A stretch of 64,000 nucleotides of DNA, from the NCBI GenBank assembly GCA_965216395.1, contig OZ244156.1, positions 1,201,679 through 1,265,678 of the forward strand. Reading direction: 5' to 3'. Below the pieces are notes generated by a model that made no database searches, was not told where the DNA came from, and saw only the letters and a program-made list of their open reading frames with translations. A program made the position numbers and the translations under genes. The first letter of the stretch is position 1. Every line of letters begins with the position of its first letter. This document shows, one piece after another, positions 50,548 through 60,910 of this stretch. This DNA comes from Alphaproteobacteria bacterium (GTDB taxonomy: Bacteria; Pseudomonadota; Alphaproteobacteria; Micavibrionales; SZUA-601).

Positions 50548-51234
50548 TTAAGCAAAAACCTCTGTTTTTTTTGATTCTTCGACACTTAATTTTTTATTTT
50601 GTGCAATGGATCTATTAATTTGATCTTTCACAAATTCAAAACGCGCCGCGATGCTTTTCTCACGGTCACGATAGAAACTAGGCACGGGGATAACCTGATA
50701 TCCAAAACTTTTATAAGATTCAGCAATTTCAAAATAGATTGCCCGCTGAAAATCACTAACAATACGGACCGTATCATCCACCATATCAAGCGGTGATACT
50801 AAAAAAACTTTTTTATAACGAAAGGTTTGACAGGCTCTTTTGAGATTTTGGTTTTCGGACAACCCATTAGCCGTATAAAAACCGTGCACACAAGGCAAAC
50901 CATAATCATGAATAACGACTTCTTTGGCATCCAAACCACAACACGCATTGATAAAACGTTCAGCAATTTTATCTTGATGAAATTGTCTATTTTTTAGAAA
51001 CTCATCATGGCTCATACCCGTATTCAATGCCTCAGCAATCACATCACGCGCGTGATCCGTTACATTCCGAAAACCATAATAATCCGTAATTTTTTTTACT
51101 AATGTTGTCTTCCCCGAAGATACAGAACCCGCAATCGCAAACCAGTTGGTTTGAATAACCACCTGCGATGGGGGAAATTCGTTTTCTTTACCCTTTAAAG
51201 AGTGTTTAGAATTGTTTATTGTATTCTCGATCAT
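50548..51234 (-). CDS. AAA_28 / NadR-kinase-like P-loop NTPase (COG3911-like)
   Basis: AGSVSSGKTT Walker A, DHAR, HDYG (DRG-like), YKKVFL, DDTVR, Y..FGY. Confidence 0.75.
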   Translation of the reverse strand: MIENTINNSKHSLKGKENEFPPSQVVIQTNWFAIAGSVSSGKTTLVKKITDYYGFRNVTDHARDVIAEALNTGMSHDEFLKNRQFHQDKIAERFINACCGLDAKEVVIHDYGLPCVHGFYTANGLSENQNLKRACQTFRYKKVFLVSPLDMVDDTVRIVSDFQRAIYFEIAESYKSFGYQVIPVPSFYRDREKSIAARFEFVKDQINRSIAQNKKLSVEESKKTEVFA

Positions 51235-51261
51235 CTCGACTTGAATCTTAATGAGAAATTA

Positions 51262-51678
51262 ATGAACAATCAATACCACAAATTACCTATTCGGGTTTAT
51301 TATGAAGATACCGATGCACAAGGTATCGTTTTCTATGCGAATTATTTGAGATATACTGAACGCGCACGCACAGAAATGTTGCGTCATGGTCATTTTGAAC
51401 ATGCCACAAATATGGTCAAAACTGGACAGATGTTCGTTGTCAGACATTTAGAAATCAGTTATCATGCTTCTGCTCTTTTAGATGATATGTTGATTGTTAA
51501 AACACATGTTGCTAAAATCGGCGGCGCTTCCGCCTTGTTAATACAAAATATTTATAAAGAAGATACACTCCTTATCGAAACCAATGTGACAATCGTTTGT
51601 GTCGATCAAGATTCAAAACCAACACGCATTCCAAACAATGCAAGGGATGCATTGAAACAATTTTTAATTCAAGAATAA
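51262..51678 (+). CDS. ybgC: Tol-pal-associated acyl-CoA thioesterase
   Basis: RVYYEDTDAQGIVFYANYLRYTERARTE; ATG 51262. Confidence 0.94.
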   Translation: MNNQYHKLPIRVYYEDTDAQGIVFYANYLRYTERARTEMLRHGHFEHATNMVKTGQMFVVRHLEISYHASALLDDMLIVKTHVAKIGGASALLIQNIYKEDTLLIETNVTIVCVDQDSKPTRIPNNARDALKQFLIQE

Positions 51679-51688
51679 GAGAATATTT

Positions 51689-52417
51689 ATGAGTATCAAT
51701 GTCGCCGAAACCACGCTAAAAGCTTCTGAAACTGCTTATGACTTATCCTTAACGGGCATGTTTTTACATTCTGATTTTCTGGTCAAACTGGTTATTATTA
51801 TTCTTGTCTTTTGCTCCGTTTGGGGCTGGGCCATTATTTTTAATAAATATGCGAGTTTTAAATTTCTTAATCGACGCTCCAGTAAATTTGAAGATGCTTT
51901 TTGGTCTGGTGAATCTTTGGATAAACTCTATGAACGCGTTCATAAAAAGCCGGGCAACCCAATGGCGACTGTATTTTGTGTTGGTATGAAAGAATGGCGC
52001 CGGGGCCATAAACGGCGCGAAAACGGCCACAGCGAACCCCATGCCGGCCTCATGCAACGTGTTGATCGTGTTATGGCCGTGGCGATTGGCCGAGAGCTTA
52101 ATCGTAGTGAAAGATATATGCCATTTTTAGCCAGTGTTGGTTCAGTCTCACCTTATTTAGGGTTGTTTGGAACCGTTTGGGGTATTATGCATTCATTCAC
52201 CGCAATTGCCACATCGGCCAATACAAATATTACCGTGATTGCACCAGGGATTGCCGAAGCCTTATTCACCACAGCTCTTGGATTAATAGCTGCCATTCCA
52301 GCCGTTGTCGCCTATAACAAATTTTCAACCGATCTAGCGCGTTACGGCGACAGGCTGGAAGGTTTTGCCACAGAATTTTCATCGATACTAGCTCGCTATA
52401 TGGAAGAAGGAGCTTAA
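51689..52417 (+). CDS. tolQ: TolQ
   Basis: FEDAFWSG, SPYLGLFGTVWGIM, APGIAEAL. Confidence 0.95.
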   Translation: MSINVAETTLKASETAYDLSLTGMFLHSDFLVKLVIIILVFCSVWGWAIIFNKYASFKFLNRRSSKFEDAFWSGESLDKLYERVHKKPGNPMATVFCVGMKEWRRGHKRRENGHSEPHAGLMQRVDRVMAVAIGRELNRSERYMPFLASVGSVSPYLGLFGTVWGIMHSFTAIATSANTNITVIAPGIAEALFTTALGLIAAIPAVVAYNKFSTDLARYGDRLEGFATEFSSILARYMEEGA

Positions 52418-52421
52418 GACC

Positions 52422-52844
52422 ATGTCATTGGGCATCTATTCCAAAAAGCGCAAAGTTTATCGGCCTCTAGCCGAAATGAATATGACACCCTTTATTGATG
52501 TTATGATGGTATTATTAATTGTTTTTATGGTCGCCGCCCCCCTTATGACAGTTGGGATCAAAGTTGACTTACCTGAAACCAGCGCCAGTGATCTAAGTGA
52601 CACGAGTGAGCCACTGGTCATTACAATTAACAAAAATCAAAAAATATTTTTACAAGAAACCCCTATTTTAATGGTTGAACTTATTCCAAAACTGGTTGCG
52701 ATCACCGAAAACAATGCACAACAAAGAATCTTTATTCGTGGCGATAAATCTTTAGATTACGGCCATGTTATGAATGTTATGGGTCAATTAACAAGTGCAG
52801 GTTTCACGCGCGTTGCGCTGGTTGCGGAAATACCAGAAGAATAA
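52422..52844 (+). CDS. tolR: TolR
   Basis: MNMTPFIDVMMVLLIVFMVAAP, VDLP, IRGDK..YG. Confidence 0.94.
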   Translation: MSLGIYSKKRKVYRPLAEMNMTPFIDVMMVLLIVFMVAAPLMTVGIKVDLPETSASDLSDTSEPLVITINKNQKIFLQETPILMVELIPKLVAITENNAQQRIFIRGDKSLDYGHVMNVMGQLTSAGFTRVALVAEIPEE

Positions 52845-52847
52845 ATC

Positions 52848-53714
52848 ATGCGATTTCGAATTCCCCTTTTCGGTTTTAAGGATCTTGAAAAACAATTTAA
52901 ATGGTCCCTTATTTTGCATCTTTTGATTATCGTTTTAAGCATGGTGACCTTACCTAATTTTGCAAAAAAACCGCTTATTATACCACCGAATATCGTTGTT
53001 GATTTGGTCGCCCCTTCTGAATTGACAACAGCACCAAATACCGTAAAAGAAAAACCACAGCCAAAACCGATTATAGAGCCGAAGAAACCAAAACCAGCCC
53101 CCAAATCAGAACCACCGAAAACAGTTGAAAAACAAAAAATGATAAAACCAAAACCAGTTGAAAAAATAGAAAAAAAGCCAGAACCTGTACCAACAAAAAA
53201 AACCGCTCAAAAAAAAGAAAAACAAATTACAAAAAAAGAACCGCCCAAGGAATCACAAACTACACAAGATGATCAATTTTCTTCTCTCCTCAAAAATCTG
53301 GTTGGTGAAGAGGATGCACAATCACCGCCCTCACCTGATATTGATAAACCGATCGACAGCTCCCAAAAATCGGGGCAAGCCGCAACGGTTTCAGATAATC
53401 TCACCCTAAGCCAAGCGGACGCCTTACGGTACCAATTAGCAAATTGCTGGAATATTCCTGTTGGCGCCATGGATGCTGAAAATTTAGTGGTTGAAATTTT
53501 AGCCATTGTAGGGCCTGATCGGGTTGTTCAATCAACAGAAATTCTTGACAAATCGCGCTATAATAGCGATCCTTTTTTCCGAAGCGCTGCGGATAGTGCG
53601 CGCCGTGCTCTGCTTAACCCAAGATGCTCGCCCCTTGCACTACCCGAAGATAAATACGATCTTTGGAAAAATATACGTATACGCTTTAATCCCAAAGAAA
53701 TGTTTGGAGGATAA
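52848..53714 (+). CDS. tolA: TolA
   Basis: SLILH TM motif, Pro/Lys-rich linker, CWNIP..SARRA..CSPL..W..F.P; operon position. Confidence 0.85.
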   Translation: MRFRIPLFGFKDLEKQFKWSLILHLLIIVLSMVTLPNFAKKPLIIPPNIVVDLVAPSELTTAPNTVKEKPQPKPIIEPKKPKPAPKSEPPKTVEKQKMIKPKPVEKIEKKPEPVPTKKTAQKKEKQITKKEPPKESQTTQDDQFSSLLKNLVGEEDAQSPPSPDIDKPIDSSQKSGQAATVSDNLTLSQADALRYQLANCWNIPVGAMDAENLVVEILAIVGPDRVVQSTEILDKSRYNSDPFFRSAADSARRALLNPRCSPLALPEDKYDLWKNIRIRFNPKEMFGG

Positions 53715-53716
53715 AC

Positions 53717-55045
53717 ATGACACGACAATTAATAATTTTTATAACAAGTTTCTTCTTTTTGAGCTTATCGACTTTGCCGTCTCATGCTGAATTAAGAATT
53801 GACGTGACACGTGGCACGATGAAACCAACGCCCATCGCCATTGTTAATTTCTCTGGAACATCAAATTCTGAAAATAATTTAGGCCAAAAAGTTGCCTCGG
53901 TTATCCAAGATAACCTCGATCGATCAGGCTTATTTCAACCAATTGCCCAACAAGCCTTTATTGAAAAAAATCCTGTACTAGATCAAAACCCACGTTTTAG
54001 TGATTGGCGTCTCATTAATTCGCAAGCTTTGGTCGTCGGAAAAATTAGTCAAACGAATAATAAAGTCACAATCGAATTTCGTTTATGGGATGTTTTTGCC
54101 GAACAACAAATGATTGGCCGGCGCTTTACAACAACTCAGGAAAACTGGCGACAATTAGCGCATTTAATTTCAGACGCAATATATTCTCGTTTAACCGGTG
54201 AAGAGGGGTATTTTGATACACGCATTGTTTATATCGCTGAATCGGGAAGTCCAGATCGTCGTAAAAAACGTCTGGCCATTATGGATCAAGATGGCGCCAA
54301 TCATCGCTACTTAACAGATGGTCAGGCCCTAACATTGACACCGCGTTTTTCACCAAATGAACAACTCATTACCTATATGGCTTACGAAAACAGACAACCC
54401 AAAGTTTTTGTTTATGATTTACAAACGGGGCGCCGTACTGTCTTAGGCAGTTTTCCTGGTATGACATTTGCACCACGTTTTTCTCCTGACAGTAAGAATG
54501 TCATTATGTCGATGGCCAAAAACGGTAATACAGATATATATACGATTAATTTACAATCAAAGCGCGCCCGCCGTTTAACCAAATCACGTTCAATTGAAAC
54601 AAGTCCTTCTTACGCACCGGATGGAAAACGTATTGTTTTTGAGTCTGACCGTGGGGGTTCTCAACAACTTTACACAATGAATGCAGACGGGTCTGCAATC
54701 AAAAGGATTACTTTTGGTGATGGACGCTATGCGAATCCTGTATGGTCGCCCCGTGGTGATTTGATCGCTTTTACGCGCATGTATAAAGGGAAGTTTTATA
54801 TTGGTGTTATTCGCCCCGATGGTTCAGGCGAACGAATGATCACTCAGGCATTTCATGTTGAAGGCCCTACATGGTCGCCCAATGGCCGCGTTTTAATGTA
54901 TTTTAAGGAACGCCCCACAGGTAACGCCCTTAAGGGTCGTGAGACGCGTCTTTATAGTATTGATTTAACCGGACATCATGAACAAATGGTCAAAACCCCC
55001 GGGTTCGGATCTGATCCTGCATGGTCACCGCGCATCAGAAAATAA
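53717..55045 (+). CDS. tolB: TolB
   Basis: [20 protein letters not shown]40 repeats (PRFSP, PVWSP, PTWSPNG). Confidence 0.96.
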   Translation: MTRQLIIFITSFFFLSLSTLPSHAELRIDVTRGTMKPTPIAIVNFSGTSNSENNLGQKVASVIQDNLDRSGLFQPIAQQAFIEKNPVLDQNPRFSDWRLINSQALVVGKISQTNNKVTIEFRLWDVFAEQQMIGRRFTTTQENWRQLAHLISDAIYSRLTGEEGYFDTRIVYIAESGSPDRRKKRLAIMDQDGANHRYLTDGQALTLTPRFSPNEQLITYMAYENRQPKVFVYDLQTGRRTVLGSFPGMTFAPRFSPDSKNVIMSMAKNGNTDIYTINLQSKRARRLTKSRSIETSPSYAPDGKRIVFESDRGGSQQLYTMNADGSAIKRITFGDGRYANPVWSPRGDLIAFTRMYKGKFYIGVIRPDGSGERMITQAFHVEGPTWSPNGRVLMYFKERPTGNALKGRETRLYSIDLTGHHEQMVKTPGFGSDPAWSPRIRK

Positions 55046-55156
55046 ATAGACGAACCAAAACTCTATAAGACTTGCATATCGAGCAAATACACGATACAAA
55101 TAACACATTATTTACGTTTTTTCAAACTTACCTCTAAGGAAAATAGGAGTTTATTT

Positions 55157-55708
55157 ATGATCCGCAAATTTTTTGTTGTCTTAACCATGGTATTATTAGT
55201 TTCTGCCTGTTCTTCAACACCTGATAGTTCAGGAACAGCAGCAACTGACGGTACACTTACCTCCAGCACTGATCGTTCACCCATTTCACGCGATGATATC
55301 ATTTTTGACGATGATTTATCTGATACGACGATGAGCGATACAACGACTAATGCCGGTACACAAGAAGACCTTATCGTTAGCGTTGGTGATCGTGTCTTTT
55401 TTGACTATGACTCATCCGCAATTACAAATGAAGCGCGTGCCACTTTGGAAAAACAAGCCGCATGGTTGCGCACATATTCTAATACGATGATCACAATCGA
55501 AGGTCATGCGGATGAACGCGGTACGCGTGAATACAACCTTGCTTTAGGTGAACGACGTGCTACAGCTGTTAAAAACTACCTCGTAACCTTAGGTATTGAT
55601 GGCAACCGTTTAACCACAACATCATATGGCAAAGAACGCCCCGCGGTCCTTGGATCAAACCCTGTCGCATGGCAACGCAATCGTCGTGGCGTTTTAGTTG
55701 TCAATTAA
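55157..55708 (+). CDS. pal: Peptidoglycan-associated lipoprotein
   Basis: Lipobox VSAC, FFDYDS, EGHADERGTREYNLALGERRA, SYGKERP. Confidence 0.96.
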   Translation: MIRKFFVVLTMVLLVSACSSTPDSSGTAATDGTLTSSTDRSPISRDDIIFDDDLSDTTMSDTTTNAGTQEDLIVSVGDRVFFDYDSSAITNEARATLEKQAAWLRTYSNTMITIEGHADERGTREYNLALGERRATAVKNYLVTLGIDGNRLTTTSYGKERPAVLGSNPVAWQRNRRGVLVVN

Positions 55709-55724
55709 ATAAGACAAGGTTCAT

Positions 55725-56621
55725 ATGAATATGGATTTATCTTCTAAAGTTTTGAATAAAACAGCGGTAATCTTTACCGCTGTTTTATTGTCAGTTTCGG
55801 TCTTTCCTAAAATCGCACAAGCGCAAAATAATGACATACGTGCTGTGATGAACCGTCTCAATCAAATCGAAAATCAAATTCAGACATTGTCGCAATCTGT
55901 TTATCGCGACAATGACCGTATCACAACTATGGCGCCCCCACAGGTAACTTATGACGGATCCATCAGTGAAGGTGGCAATGTTGCCGCCATGTTAAATAGT
56001 CGCTTGACGCAAATTGAAGAAGAAATGCGGGATCTCAATGGTCGTATAGAAGAACAAAACTATCAACTCGATCAGTTGAACAACCAATTACAACGTATGA
56101 AAGAAGATAATGAATTACGCTTCAATGGCCTTGAAAACACATCTTCATTTTCATCTTCAGCACCAACATCATTAGATGGAACAGATACGCTCAATAATTC
56201 CTCAAAAGATAATGAGATACAGAATTTTTCATTTGATAATCCAAAAAATTTATATGATGAATCTTTTCAAGCGATCCGTGAACAGAACTTTCCGCGCGCA
56301 GAAAAAGGTTTTAGAGCGTTTCTTGACAGATATAGTGATCATAAATTAGCAGGGAATGCACAATATTGGCTGGGCGAGACATATTATGTTCGTGGCGATT
56401 TTGTGCAAGCTATTCAAACCTTTGCCGAAGGGTATCAAAAATATCCAAATGGCAATAAAGCACCAGATAATCTTTTAAAACTTGGTGTTACACTTGCACA
56501 AAAAGATCGTGAAAAAGATGCTTGTATTTCACTTAAACAGCTGAAAGCTGAATTCCCAAATGCCGCACCCAGCATTTTGATGCGTGCTGACAAAGAGATT
56601 GAACGTTTAAATTGTGTCTAA
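55725..56621 (+). CDS. cpoB: Tol-pal protein CpoB/YbgF
   Basis: Signal peptide, coiled coil, TPR NAQYWLGE..KAPDNLLKLG. Confidence 0.92.
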   Translation: MNMDLSSKVLNKTAVIFTAVLLSVSVFPKIAQAQNNDIRAVMNRLNQIENQIQTLSQSVYRDNDRITTMAPPQVTYDGSISEGGNVAAMLNSRLTQIEEEMRDLNGRIEEQNYQLDQLNNQLQRMKEDNELRFNGLENTSSFSSSAPTSLDGTDTLNNSSKDNEIQNFSFDNPKNLYDESFQAIREQNFPRAEKGFRAFLDRYSDHKLAGNAQYWLGETYYVRGDFVQAIQTFAEGYQKYPNGNKAPDNLLKLGVTLAQKDREKDACISLKQLKAEFPNAAPSILMRADKEIERLNCV

Positions 56622-57924
56622 GACCACGCTTACTAAAAGATTTAACACTTATTTAGACAATCTTATTGCGTCGAATAATCTTAAACAGATTGCTGTCGCT
56701 GTGTCTGGTGGTCGCGATAGTATGGCGTTAACCCATCTTTGCAAGCAATGGTGTCAAACAAATCAAATTAAACTGATCACCCTTACGGTTGACCATCAAT
56801 TACGGCGTGCTTCAAAAACCGAAGCACAGACCGTCAATCAATGGATGCAAGACCAAAATATTGAACACCATATTTTAACATGGCGAGGAAAAAAACCTAA
56901 AACGGGAATACAAGAAAAAGCGCGTCAAGCACGCTATCAACTACTGCTCAAGAAATGCTATGCACTTGGCGTTCAGCATTTGTTCATTGGACACCATAAA
57001 GAAGATCAGGCAGAAACCATCATAATGCGTTTAGAACACGGATCAGATATTGCAGGTTTGATCGGCATAAAACCAATATCAAAACGCGGCGATATTCGAA
57101 TTATTCGCCCCTTATTGAAATTTACCCGCCAAGAAATAACCGATTATTGTCAAAAATCTCACATAGATTATATTGATGATCCATCTAATGAAAAGACCGA
57201 ATATAAGCGCATTAGTTGGCGAAAACAAATCGCATCTCTACCAGATAAACAGAAATTTATTGACGGTCTTACTTTATCATCACAACGTATCAGCCGTGCC
57301 AATGACGCTCTGGAATATTATTCAAATATATCCCACAAAAACTGTGTTGAATACGCACCAGAAGGATATGCTAACCTCAATCTTTCAAAAATTATTGAAT
57401 ATCCAGACGCGATCGCACTTAAAGTTTTGAGGCGGATGATCGATTTTGTGGGTGGGTGTTCCAAACCTGTCAAATTACTTCAGATAGAACAACTGTATGA
57501 TCTTCTTAAACAACCATCAAGCTTTGAAGGCGCAACTTTGGGCGGATGTATCACAGAATGGCATGCAAAACATCCACAATATCAATTACTTTTCATTCGC
57601 GAGGAACGTAATCTACCCAGAGAAATCACCATTAAAAAAGAAAACCTTCTTTGGGATGATCGGTTTTTGATTAATGTTCCGGCGACAATATACCAAAATA
57701 TAGAATATGACGTAACCGTATCCGCTTTGGGAACGAATGGTTTAGTGCAGATCAAAGATATCCTCGCAAATAATCGCCGTAAGATAAATAAGACTATTTT
57801 AAAAACGATGCCATGTATTAAATTAAAAGAAAGAATTTTAGCTGTACCCTTACTGGATTTTTTTGATTCTGGGTATTTTGTAGACATTCAAAAAATAACA
57901 GCTAAACTACATTTCGAATTATAA
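56614..57924 (+). CDS. tilS: tRNA(Ile)-lysidine synthetase
   Basis: AVSGGRDS, VDHQLR, ARQARY, HHKEDQAET, RPLL, DPSN. Confidence 0.95.
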   Translation: MSKTTLTKRFNTYLDNLIASNNLKQIAVAVSGGRDSMALTHLCKQWCQTNQIKLITLTVDHQLRRASKTEAQTVNQWMQDQNIEHHILTWRGKKPKTGIQEKARQARYQLLLKKCYALGVQHLFIGHHKEDQAETIIMRLEHGSDIAGLIGIKPISKRGDIRIIRPLLKFTRQEITDYCQKSHIDYIDDPSNEKTEYKRISWRKQIASLPDKQKFIDGLTLSSQRISRANDALEYYSNISHKNCVEYAPEGYANLNLSKIIEYPDAIALKVLRRMIDFVGGCSKPVKLLQIEQLYDLLKQPSSFEGATLGGCITEWHAKHPQYQLLFIREERNLPREITIKKENLLWDDRFLINVPATIYQNIEYDVTVSALGTNGLVQIKDILANNRRKINKTILKTMPCIKLKERILAVPLLDFFDSGYFVDIQKITAKLHFEL

Positions 57925-57939
57925 ACAAAGGAAACACAC

Positions 57940-59847
57940 GTGAATAATTTTGGAAAAAACATCCTTATATGGGTTATGATTGCCCTTATTTTAGGGTCTC
58001 TATACAGTATTTTTTCTGATGGCCGCTCTGGAACGATGGGCGCATCAGAAATTGCCTATAGTGACTTTGTTAATCAGACAAAAAATGGTATGATCAAAGA
58101 TGTCACCATTGAAGGGGATAAGATTTTTGGTGAGTTTAATGACGGTAAATCTTTTCAAACAGTTAGCCCAGCCGGGACAGATATTGCCGATACATTGATC
58201 GAAAATGGCGTAACGGTTTCAGCCAAAACGACGAATACAAAATCACCTGGTTTATTTGGGATTTTAATCTCTTGGTTTCCCATGCTCCTTCTTATTGGGG
58301 TTTGGATTTTCTTCATGCGCCAGATGCAAGGAAAAGGCGGTGGTGGCGCTATGGGTTTCGGCAAATCACGCGCCCGGATGCTCACCGAAAAGCAAGGAAA
58401 AGTCACCTTCGACGATGTTGCTGGCATTAACGAAGCCAAAGAAGATTTACAAGAAATTGTTGAATATTTAAAAGATCCCCAAAAGTTTCAACGTTTAGGG
58501 GGCAAAATCCCTAAAGGCGCTCTTCTTGTTGGCCCTCCTGGTACGGGTAAAACTCTCATTGCACGTGCTGTGGCTGGTGAGGCCGACGTACCATTTTTCA
58601 CCATCTCTGGCTCTGATTTTGTCGAAATGTTTGTCGGCGTGGGTGCTTCACGGGTACGCGACATGTTTGAACAAGGTAAGAAAAATGCCCCTTGTATTAT
58701 ATTTATTGATGAAATCGACGCTGTGGGCCGTCACCGTGGTGCTGGACTAGGTGGCGGTAATGATGAACGTGAACAAACGCTCAACCAACTTCTTGTTGAA
58801 ATGGACGGTTTTGAAGCATCAGAGGGCGTGATATTACTGGCTGCAACGAACCGTCCTGATGTGTTAGATCCTGCACTCTTAAGACCAGGACGATTTGACC
58901 GACAAATCGTGGTTCCTAATCCTGATATTGACGGGCGCACAAAAATCTTAGAAGTACATATGAAAAAAGTTCCTTTAGACAAAGATGTTGATGCACGTGT
59001 TATTGCGCGTGGTACACCTGGTTTTTCTGGTGCCGATTTGGCTAATTTGGTTAATGAGGCGGCTCTGCTTGCTGCCAAAACAGGCTTACGTCTTGTAAAT
59101 ATGTATTGTTTTGAAGAAGCCAAAGACAAAGTTATGATGGGTGCAGAACGAAAATCCATGGTTATGACCGATGCGGATAAAGAGAAAACCGCTTATCATG
59201 AAGCCGGACATGCATTAGTGGCCGCTTTTGAAAAAGAATCCGATCCCATTCATAAAGCAACTATTATCCCACGGGGTCGTGCTTTGGGTATGGTCATGCG
59301 TTTACCAGAACGCGATCAATTTTCCGTTTCAAAAGCAAAATTAGAAGCAGACCTCGCTGTGGCTATGGCTGGACGGATCGCTGAAGTGATGATTTATGGT
59401 CCTGATAAAGTAACCACAGGCGCATCCAGCGATATTCAAATGGCAACAAATCTCGCGCGGCGTATGGTGACTGAATGGGGCATGTCCCCTAAATTAGGTA
59501 CTGTTTTATATGGTTCTGCGCAATCAGAAGAAGTTTTTCTAGGCCATTCTGTCACACAATCAAAAAATATGTCTGAACACACGGCACAAATCATTGATGA
59601 TGAGGTCAGACGCATTATTACAGAAGCCCATGATCGCGCTGAAAAGTTGATGAAAAAACATATCAAAAAATTACACAGTTTGACTAAAGCATTATTGGAA
59701 TATGAAACCCTAACCGGTGAAGAAATTAGTATTATTCTTGCGGGTAAGAAGATTAAGCGCAGTGCTGAAAAGGTTGTTAAGGTAAAACCGCCTCAAAAAA
59801 AGAAAGCTTCATTACCAAAAAAGTCTAATAAAAACAGTAAAACATAA
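57940..59847 (+). CDS. ftsH: ATP-dependent zinc metalloprotease FtsH
   Basis: Two TM helices, [39 protein letters not shown]. Confidence 0.98.
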   Translation: MNNFGKNILIWVMIALILGSLYSIFSDGRSGTMGASEIAYSDFVNQTKNGMIKDVTIEGDKIFGEFNDGKSFQTVSPAGTDIADTLIENGVTVSAKTTNTKSPGLFGILISWFPMLLLIGVWIFFMRQMQGKGGGGAMGFGKSRARMLTEKQGKVTFDDVAGINEAKEDLQEIVEYLKDPQKFQRLGGKIPKGALLVGPPGTGKTLIARAVAGEADVPFFTISGSDFVEMFVGVGASRVRDMFEQGKKNAPCIIFIDEIDAVGRHRGAGLGGGNDEREQTLNQLLVEMDGFEASEGVILLAATNRPDVLDPALLRPGRFDRQIVVPNPDIDGRTKILEVHMKKVPLDKDVDARVIARGTPGFSGADLANLVNEAALLAAKTGLRLVNMYCFEEAKDKVMMGAERKSMVMTDADKEKTAYHEAGHALVAAFEKESDPIHKATIIPRGRALGMVMRLPERDQFSVSKAKLEADLAVAMAGRIAEVMIYGPDKVTTGASSDIQMATNLARRMVTEWGMSPKLGTVLYGSAQSEEVFLGHSVTQSKNMSEHTAQIIDDEVRRIITEAHDRAEKLMKKHIKKLHSLTKALLEYETLTGEEISIILAGKKIKRSAEKVVKVKPPQKKKASLPKKSNKNSKT

Positions 59848-59924
59848 CCGAATAGGGTTGTAATAAGTTCCAAAATCTAAAATACTAAGGAAGTGATATA
59901 GTAACTTCGTGAAAGACTGTAAAC

Positions 59925-60689
59925 GTGCATAATAATATTCTCTCAATCGGTGGTATCTTTTGTCGCACTGGCGAAGGCCTCAATCGTGACTTAAGAACAC
60001 TTGTCGAAAATGGGGATCGCGGTCGCCCTGTGGTCACTGCTATTGACACTTCAGGTGAACAAGCACTTGATGCCAAAAACACTCATTTTATTCCTATTGA
60101 CAAAGTGATTGATCAAATCAAAAAAAGTTTTGAATCATGGCCCATTAAAGCTGTTAAGACAGGCTATCTAGGCCAGGCAGAGATGGCTGAAGAAATTTGC
60201 AAAACCCTATATCACCTTAAAAAAGAACATGATTTTCCTTTAATCGTTGATCCTTCTATTATCAGTAGTGATGGGAACCGTTACATTGATAAGGCGGGGC
60301 TTAACATCCTAAAACGTGATTTAATTCTCATTGCTGATGTCATCACACCAAGTATCCGCGAGGCAGAGGTTTTAACCGGTATGCAAATTCGTGATATTGA
60401 TGATATGCGTAATGCCGCTGAGATGATTTTAACACTGGGGTCAAAAGCCGTCTTTATCCGCGGGGGCGACTTTAAACAACGTGAAGTTGTTGATTTATTG
60501 GTGACAGATTCGGCACAAATTACATTTAATCAACCCCGTTTGATGATTGCTGGGATCTCTGGTGCACATGGCTATGGCGGTGTTTTGGCCTGTATTATGG
60601 CTGCAAAACTAGCAAAAAATGCTTCTTACAAAGAAGCCATTGAGGCCGCTCTTGATCATGTGAAAGGCACTTTTCTTTCTAATCTTTAA
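59925..60689 (+). CDS. ThiD/PdxK-like (ribokinase fold) protein with degenerate active-site motifs
   Basis: AVKTGYL, VDP, VITPS..EAEVLTG, GG, HGYGG in place of HGTGC. Confidence 0.75.
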   Translation: MHNNILSIGGIFCRTGEGLNRDLRTLVENGDRGRPVVTAIDTSGEQALDAKNTHFIPIDKVIDQIKKSFESWPIKAVKTGYLGQAEMAEEICKTLYHLKKEHDFPLIVDPSIISSDGNRYIDKAGLNILKRDLILIADVITPSIREAEVLTGMQIRDIDDMRNAAEMILTLGSKAVFIRGGDFKQREVVDLLVTDSAQITFNQPRLMIAGISGAHGYGGVLACIMAAKLAKNASYKEAIEAALDHVKGTFLSNL

Positions 60690-60742
60690 GCTCTTGATTC
60701 AAGACTCAAAAAGGTTTAGTTTTCATTTTTCTATTGTTTGAT

Positions 60743-60832
60743 GGAGAGGTGGCCGAGTGGCTTAAGGCGCACGCTTGGAAAGCGTGTATAGGTTTATCCC
60801 TATCGTGGGTTCGAATCCCATCCTCTCCTCCA
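60743..60832 (+). tRNA. tRNA-Ser(GGA)
   Basis: Acceptor GGAGAGG/CCTCTCC, anticodon arm CACGC-TTGGAAA-GCGTG, long variable arm, GGGTTCGAATCCC, encoded CCA. Confidence 0.96.
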
Positions 60833-60910
60833 GTTTTGCACAATTTCTTGTGCGTAAACCATTGAAAAGATTTCATTTAGATATTAAAAATTAAGGAAAA
60901 CATGGTTAGT

